Positions 55,330 through 64,000 of a stretch of DNA of 64,000 bases are shown here, one piece after another. The notes under the pieces are model-generated. The model worked only from the letters and a program-made list of their open reading frames with translations. It made no database searches and had not been told where the DNA came from. The DNA is from Antedon mediterranea (lineage: Eukaryota > Animalia > Echinodermata). Where the stretch lies: NCBI RefSeq assembly GCF_964355755.1, contig NC_092680.1, positions 1,364,001 to 1,428,000 on the forward strand, given 5' to 3'. The position numbers and the translations under genes are program-made. The stretch's first letter is position 1; each line of letters starts with the position of its first letter.

Positions 55330-58300
55330 AATATGCCATAATATTGCCATATATGCACATATATGGTGTTATCATCATCTTATAGAGCCATAGTAAGTAG
55401 TTATGTCGAAAAATAAAAGGGTCGAAATTTAGTCATTTTTCGAAAATTTCCCTGTACTATAGTACAGGTTTTTTTTTCGAAAAATGCCTAAAATATCCAC
55501 TTTTTTAAATTCAATAATTATGCCATAATATTGCCATATATGCACATATATGGTGTTATCATCATCTTATAGAGCCAAGGAGCCATAGTAACTAGTTATG
55601 TCGAAAAATAAAAGGGTCGAAATTTAGTCATTTTTAGAAAATTTCCCCAGGTATTTTTTCGATAAATGCCCAAAATATCCACTTTTTTAAATTCAATAAT
55701 TATGCAATAATATTGCCATATATATGCATATATTGTGTTATCATCATCTTATAGAGTCAAAGTAACTAGTTATGTTGAAAAATAAAAGGGTCGAAATTTG
55801 TTCATTTTTCGAAAAATGGCCGATTTTCGACCCTTTTATTTTTTGACAGAAATGGTTACTATTGCATAATAAATATGCGCAGAGGCGAATAATGGGTTCT
55901 GCGCATGTCAATAGTGGTATAGTAACCAGTTTTATCGAAAAATAAAAAGGTCGAAAATTGGCCATTTATTTTAAAAAATCCCTGTACTATAGTACAGGAA
56001 AATTTTCGAAAAATGTCCGATTTTCGACCCTTTTATTTTTTGACATAAATGGTTACTATTGCATAATAAACATGCGCATAGTCGAATAATGGTTTCTGCG
56101 CATGTCAATTGTGCTATAGTAACCAGTTTTGACATAAATGGTTACTATAGCATAATAAACATGCGCAGAGGCGAATAATGGGTTCTGCGCATGTCAATAG
56201 TGGTATAGTAACCAGTTTTATCGAAAAATAAAAAGGTCGAAAATTTGCAATTTTTTGAAAAAATCCCTGTACTATAGTACAGGGAAATTTTTGAAAAATG
56301 TCCGATTTTCGACCCTTTAATGTTTTGATATAAACGGTTACTATTGCATAATAAACATGCGCAGAGTCGAATAATGGGTTCTGCGCATGTCAATTGTGCT
56401 ATAGTAACCAGTTTTGACATAAATGGTTACTATAGCATAATAAACATGCGCAGAGGCGAATAATGGGTTCTGCGTATGTCAATAGTGGTATAGTAACCAG
56501 TTTTATCGAAAAATAAAAAGGTCGAAAATTTGCAATTTTTTGAAAAAATCCCTGTACTATATATAGTACAGGGAAATTTTCGAAAAATTTCCGATTTTCG
56601 ACCCTTTAATTTTTTGATATAAACGGTTACTATTGCATAAAAAACATGCGCAGAGTCGAATAATGGGTTCTGCGCATGTCAATTGTGCTATAGTAACCAG
56701 TTTTGACATAAATGGTTACTATTGCATAATAAACATGCGCAAAGTCGAATAATGGGTTCTGCGCATGTCAATTATGCTATAGTAACCAGTTTTGACATAA
56801 ATGGTTACTATAGCATAATAAACATACGCAGAGGCGAATAATGGGTTCTATGTATGTCAATAGTGGTATAGTAACCAGTTTTATCGAAAAATAAAAAGGT
56901 CGAAAATGTGCAATTTTTTGAAAAAATCCCTGTACTATAGTACAGGGAAATTTTCGAAAAATGTCCGATTTTCGACCCTTTAAATTTTTGATATAAACGG
57001 TTACTATTGCATAATAAACATGCGCAGATTCGAATAATGGGTTCTGCGCATGTCAATTGTGCTATAGTAACCAGTTTTGACATAAATGGTTACTATAGCA
57101 TAATAAACATGCGCAGAGGCGAATAATGGGTTCTGCGTATGTCAATAGTGGTATAGTAACCAGTTTTATCGAAAAATAAAAAGGTCGAAAATTTGCAATT
57201 TTTTGAAAAAATCCCTGTACTATATATAGTACAGGGAAATTTTCGAAAAATGTCCGATTTTCGACCCTTTAATTTTTTGATATAAACGGTTACTATTGCA
57301 TAATAAACATGCGCAGAGTCGAATAATGGGTTCTGCGCATGTCAATTGTGCTATAGTAACCAGTTTTGACATAAATGGTTACTATAGCATAACAAACATG
57401 CGCAGAGGCGAATAATGGGTTCTGCGTATGTCAATAGTGGTATAGTAACCAGTTTTATCGAAAAATAAAAAGGTCGAAAATTTGCAATTTTTTGAAAAAA
57501 TCCCTGTACTATAGTACAGGGAAATTTTCGAAAAATGTCCGATTTTCGACCCTTTAATTTTTTGATATAAACGGTTACTATTGCATAATAAACATGCGCA
57601 GAGTCGAATAATGGGTTCTGCGCATGTCAATTGTGCTATAGTAACCAGTTTTGACATAAATGGTTACTATAGCATAATAAACATGCGCAGAGGCGAATAA
57701 TGGGTTCTGCGTATGTCAATAGTGGTATAGTAACCAGTTTTATCGAAAAATAAAAAGGTCGAAAATTTGCAATTTTTTGAAAAAATCCCTGTACTATAGT
57801 ACAGGGAAATTTTCGAAAAATATCCGATTTTCGACCCTTTAATTTTTTGATATAAACGGTTACTATTGCATAATAAACATGCGCAGAGTCGAATAATGGG
57901 TTCTGCGCATGTCAATTGTGCTATAGTAACCAGTTTTGACATAAATGGTTACTATAGCATAATAAACATGCGCAGAGGCGAATAATGGGTTCTGCGTATG
58001 TCAATAGTGGTATAGTAACCAGTTTTATCGAAAAATAAAAAGGTCGAAAATTTGCAATTTTTTGAAAAAATCCCTGTACTAAAGTACAGGGAAATTTTCG
58101 AAAAATGTCCGATTTTCGACCCTTTAATTTTTTGATATAAACGGTTACTATTGCATAATAAACATGCGCAGAGTCGAATAATGGGTTCTGCGCATGTCAA
58201 TTGTGCTATAGTAACCAGTTTTGACATAAATGGTTACTATAGCATAATAAACATGCGCAGAGGCGAATAATGGGTTCTGCGTATGTCAATAGTGGTATAG

Positions 58301-59370
58301 TAACCAGTTTTATCGAAAAATAAAAAGGTCGAAAATTTGCAATTTTTTGAAAAAATCCCTGTACTATATATAGTACAGGGAAATTTTCGAAAAATGTCCG
58401 ATTTTCGACCCTTTAATTTTTTGATATAAACGGTTACTATTGCATAATAAACATGCGCAGAGTCAAATAATGGGTTCTGCGCATGTCAATTGTGCTATAG
58501 TAACCAGTTTTGACATAAATGGTTACTATAGCATAATAAACATGCGCAGAGGCGAATAATGGGTTCTGCGTATGTCAATAGTGGTATAGTAACCAGTTTT
58601 ATCGAAAAATAAAAAGGTCGAAAATTTGCAATTTTTTGAAAAAATCCCTGTACTATAGTACAGGGAAATTTTCGAAATATGTCCGATTTTCGACCCTTTA
58701 ATTTTTTGATATAAACGGTTACTATTGCATAATAAACATGCGCAGAGTCGAATAATGGGTTCTGCGCATGTCAATTGTGCTATAGTAACCAGTTTTGACA
58801 TAAATGGTTACTATAGCATAATAAACATGCGCAGAGGCGAATAATGGGTTCTGCGTAATGTCAATAGTGGTATAGTAACCAGTTTTATCGAAAAATAAAA
58901 GGTCGAAAATTTGCAATTTTTTGAAAAAATCCCTGTACTATAGTACAGGGAAATTTTCGAAAAATGTCCGATTTTCGACCCTTTTATTTTTTTATATAAA
59001 TGGTTACTATTGCATAATAAACATGCGCAGAGTCGAATAATGGGTTCTGCGCATGTCAATTGTGCTATCATAACCATATTTGACATAAATGGTTACTATA
59101 GCATAATAAACATGCGCAGAGGCGAATAATGTGTTCTGCGCATGTCAATAGTGGTATAGTAACCAGTTTTATCGAAAAATAAAAAGGTCGAAAATTGGCA
59201 TATATTGTGTTATTATCATCTTATAGAACCATAGTAACTAGTAATGTCGAAAAATAAAGGGGTCGAAATTTGGCAATTTTTCAAAAATTTCCATATATGC
59301 AAAATATTGAATTTTTAAAATTAATTTATTATTCAATATTATTGCTATATGTGCACATATTATAGTGTTA
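55330..59370. repeat. Higher-order palindromic satellite (285/289-bp unit, ~11-12 units plus diverged flanks)
   Basis: 285-bp period (repeat ORFs at 57382, 57667, 57952); unit = two ~89-bp hairpin monomers + one ~107-bp palindrome centred on ccctgtactatagtacaggg. Confidence 0.93.
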
Positions 59371-62300
59371 CCATTCCCCCTTAAATTGTTATACACTAAC
59401 GTCATGTGCACATACTGGGTTACATCGTATGGGGGTAATAGGACTAAGTTAAAATGATGTGATATTACAAAAAAAACAGTTTAACAGTTTAAATGTAGTT
59501 TATTTGACAATGAATTAACTAAAGCTATGTTAGATAAGTTGAGTACATGAATTGTCAATAAAAATAAACACTGATAGAAATACAATGATGTCATACAAAC
59601 TGAGATATTCATTATGCTGTATAGCATACAAGTCGCACATTATATGCAAATGCCTTAAACAAACAAAACCTACTCTTGAAATAAAAAGTTGTTGTTTTAT
59701 ACACAAACAACACTTGGTATAAAAGCCTGTGTCATATGCTATCTGGCTAAGCTTCAAATGCGATGAACACTAATAGTCCCATCTCCCAGAAGTTATAGCC
59801 ACAGTTGTCAGTTGTGTAGTATTTCTATAAATATCTCATATCATATTGTATATAACCAAAGATTTGTACATCTTAATGTATAAATTATGACTGGAATGCT
59901 ATATGTATCATATTCATATACTGTATTAAAATTATTTTTGTCTGTTTTTTTTTAACCGTTAATGTTGGTTACATTACAACGTAATAAGCATGCTTTTTAT
60001 AACTTAAAATATACATAGTAAGCACAACTTGTTGAGATGGGCACAATAAAACAGTAGCTGGTTCCTATTACTCAACAAGTGTGTTAGAGAGTAGGCACTT
60101 TCAATACAGAAAACATGTAACATTGAATGTTAGTTAAATTAACGTTGTCGTCGTCAACCCGTGTAATTGTGACTATCTTGAGTAAAATGCAAAACCATTG
60201 CATAAAGGGAAAAATACAGGAATGCATAGACTGAAAAAAAAAACTGTGACAAAAAACAAATATATATCATCATATCTTAAAAAAACATCCAATCAACAAA
60301 TGCTACAATACAATTCATCTTATTAACAATAATATAAGTAAACGTAATATTTACAATTTTTGGAATAAACAATCACCTTAATACAAAACTATCTACTTAA
60401 TAGTCTAGCATGATGTAGTATTTGTATAGTGTAAATATATCAATGAAATACAATTATTAGGTAAAATGAGGTGTTTTTTATGATTTGTCATTATAAACAT
60501 TTATTGCAATGCTATCATATAATATACTCTCTGATCTACACCGATATTGCACGTACGTTCGCTTAAGCAGCCTTATTTGGTACTTACCGCCTCCCTAGTT
60601 GCACTATATTTGGTGGTCGTTTTCCAATTGCACATCTACACAACACCCCATGAAAGATGCAGATATAATGCACATTTTCATTATATCTACTCATTGTACC
60701 CAGAGTGCAGGTACACAATAACATATTTTTGTAGGTAATGAATGAAAGTGTTGAATTCTTCAAGTATATTGTGATTTTTTCATGATGTCAAGGAATCTCT
60801 TATATTGGCCTTTATTTGACACAACATTATCTTTTTTCTTAATTGAGATTTGATTTGAAAACCTGTAAAAACACTCTGCTATACTGTAATAGAGAGCTTT
60901 CGATCCGCGAAAGTATGACGCGTTAATTCACTGTGCACATGCAGGAACGTGTTTCCTTGTTCCTTACCTTGACACAATTTTGATTGTTTCTAGGGCCAGG
61001 CGACGACCTACTTGGCCTAGATAAGGTCCTCACAAAATGAAAGCTGCCTAATATATCAATAACTTGCTATGTGGATTGTGTAGCAATTTGGTATTATTTA
61101 GATGCATAAAACAACCACAATATTTTAGCTTCCGATCAAATACATCCTGCACCCACTTTCAATTAAAATATTATTCATTATTTACTGATGATTAACTAAC
61201 TCATTATTTAATGATGAATTAACCTATAAATTACTATAATTATAATTTTATATATATATACTGTATTATTTATATACTTGAATATTAAACATAGCAGAAG
61301 GTCTTATGATGAAGCATTCACCTCTATTTGGAGTCTACTCGGACTCGAACCCATACCTTTTCACTTTTATTCTCTTCTGTGCATTATTATTTATATAATA
61401 TATAAGTATATACATATATCTATGTATATGAAGGGTTGCATTACTTCTTTATGGGCTGAATGCAGAGAATATTTTCCTGAGTTGAAAGATTTGGCTGTTC
61501 CATATTTAGTGAGATGGAACAGTAAATATGTCAACGAATAAAAATGTTTTCTCCATTCAACGAATAAAAACAACATATAACACACCTAAATGTCCTAAAG
61601 TAAAGTGTAATCTAAATTTTATTTATTAAAACCACAAAACGTGCGGATGCTTAAGGCTGGATCAAAACAGAAAGGTGTTGGTGCAGCTCAGATTTTGGGT
61701 TAGAAAAATAACAGACTGCATTTTGGTTTTTCCATGTTTTACTATTTATAACACAAATCTCAAAATGTTTCAAACAAACAGGCTGTTTTTAACACAAATT
61801 TACGATTTGATCATCATGATCCTGGATTTATATAGCGCCTAATGTTGTGAAACCTCTAATGGTTACATGTATGAAACCAAATAAACCAATCATATTGGAT
61901 ACATTCAGGTGTGTTATAAAATGCTACTACTAAATACCATGTATAGAATGCCAAAGACATACTAATGTGAAACCATAGCTTACAAAGTGATTGAACATGC
62001 AACTAAATACTTCCATTAAACCTTAAAATCTAAATGCACTGAAAATTAAGTCAGATATAGAAAATACAATTAGAAAATCGGTGCTCAAGGAGCAATGAAA
62101 ACTTTATTAATATGTTTTTAATAGTTGATAAAAGTATTTGGTAAATAATATTAAGCTGTTGATATACAAGTACATATTCAACAACCTGCTTGAATTCAAA
62201 GCAGTTATCCAACATTTACCATCTGGATCTACTTTATTCATTATTTCACTCGAAACAATTCCACGTATTTAGCCACATATCTACACTTCAAACAGCCAAT

Positions 62301-62717
62301 CATTGGCTATGAACAGCTGTATTGAGATATGTAACCAACAGGAGTCGGTTACATGAATTTGTTGCGGTTGGCCGTGTGTCCGCATACATTTTCCGACTAT
62401 TCTGTATACGTGCATGAAGTGCTTTCACGGTAACCACTTGTGTGTACTGGTTTTCTTCTATTAATATAATCACAATTGATCACATGATCAATAATCACAT
62501 GATCAATAATCACATGACATGTTGATCACATGATATTAATGGAACATGTTGGTCTTATGACATTGATTACATAATATATTGATCAAACACATTGACCACC
62601 TAGCACGTTGCTTTACATGACGCATTAATCACGTAACATGTTGATCACATGACACATTGATTACATAACATATTGATCCACGACATGATCATGTGATTAA
62701 TGAATGTTTTAGAAATG

Positions 62718-63660
62718 TTAAGGCTCGCCACCAACAGATCTGCATTCTGACTTCAACCTGACAAACTCCCTTGCAACTTCGTCATTGGTGCGCTGCGAAA
62801 GTATTCGTAGTATGGTCCAGCCGGTGTCGTTCATGTACAGACTTTTACCTAAGACAGTCCAGCATGCACAGCTTCCGGGTTCAACAATGTCACGTAGTTG
62901 GAGTATGCCAATTCCTATCAGGTGATCTTCACGCGCAAAGCAGTAATCCTTTACACAAATGTTCAATTCATAAGCATCTGGCTCATCTTCATTCCCAAGA
63001 ATACTAGACAAATGAAAAGAAATGAATACAATCAATGTTGTGATTAGAAACAAGGCAATCTAACAACAGGATGCTGAGCTCTGGAGATCAAAGGGTTTAT
63101 CTGTGGCTGCAACACTATCAGTTCCACGCACCTTAACAGAAACACACGCGATGGAGAATATGTACATAGTACAGTACTGTTGGTATTTGTTGCAGCAAGA
63201 CATAAGATAAAAGGACTGTTACATGTTGATATCTTGGCAAGGCAAGTTCGACATCATGTTGTTATATTGCCTTGTCAGAACATTCTGTTGCTCCATGACT
63301 TATGACAACTGACAACTGAGCTGTACAATATTTTTTAACTGTTGGCTGTTTATACAGCTACAAATTTCCAGGCATAGCAATGTAAAACTTTATCTGGCCC
63401 AAGAATGATTTAAAATGTTCCAAAATAGTTTGGATAAAATACAGATTAAAATCCAGGCACTATTTGATCATACATATTTTAAAAAAAAGATGATACTTAC
63501 AAGTGGAAAGTTTCATTGTATTTTGGAGCCCAGTTGTTGCTCTTTGATTTTGTGGAATGCTTGCGTCTTTTATCACTGAGATGCGGCCCAATCATATTAA
63601 CTTCTACGAACGGTCGGAACATACTCGTTGTATGCCACTTCAAGTCATTTGCAGCAACAA
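62718..63660 (-). CDS. UNC13: UNC13/Munc13 homolog, last two coding exons (C2C domain): 63660-63501 and 63003-62718; gene continues beyond the window
   Basis: [47 protein letters not shown] and [16 protein letters not shown]...[27 protein letters not shown] are the Munc13 C-terminus. Confidence 0.95.
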
Positions 63661-64000
63661 CTAAAATGGAATATCGAAAGATTTCCTTCTATAGTTATTA
63701 CAATATACTTTTATTATTATTATTATCATTATTTATTCAGGCAAAAGATGCTTTTTACAAAATATAACAAAATATAACACAGATTAAACCAAAATTAAAC
63801 AAACACGACACAAGGAGAGAATATAAAATCATAGTCACTAGCTGTCAAGAAAGCAAAAAAGCAGCCTAAGCCACTGTTACCAATTTATCGCCGATTTAGT
63901 ATTATATATTATTTTCTATTTTGGTGTATAGTAAAGATAAAAGTTCACAAATTTGTTGAGAATCATTATCGTACCTTTGACTGTTACTTTATGTTCTCCT

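Noticed and set aside
55744-59086. Repeated 91-aa ORFs (MSKLVTIAQ...)
   Set aside because: Products of the 285-bp satellite; disrupted in other units and with no protein features.

Overview
AT-rich eukaryotic genomic DNA, probably from an invertebrate deuterostome such as an echinoderm (inference from a Deu-type SINE, intron style and gene content). In order: an almost intact non-LTR retrotransposon (RTE-X-like, 1-3770); a cluster of five KRAB-less tandem C2H2 zinc-finger cassettes (4.4-23.8 kb, partly pseudogenised) interleaved with a CR1/L2-group LINE fragment, a Helentron-type element, a long foldback element, a Kolobok-like MITE and a SINE; an 18-exon LARGE xylosyl/glucuronyltransferase gene (+, 26259-40125); a small LRR gene (-) head-to-head with a ~22-exon CTC1 gene (+, 43675-~55173) that seems to lack the N-terminal OB-A domain; a palindromic higher-order satellite (55.3-59.4 kb); and the last two coding exons of an UNC13/Munc13 gene (-). 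The most striking signal is repeated tandem amplification of 'exon 3' end + 5' splice donor' units. The extreme case is a 66-bp, frame-preserving array giving 50 identical donors in LARGE, where the first 23 stay in an open frame. Exon models were built by hand from GT-AG sites, phase continuity and remembered homology; none is confirmed by RNA data.
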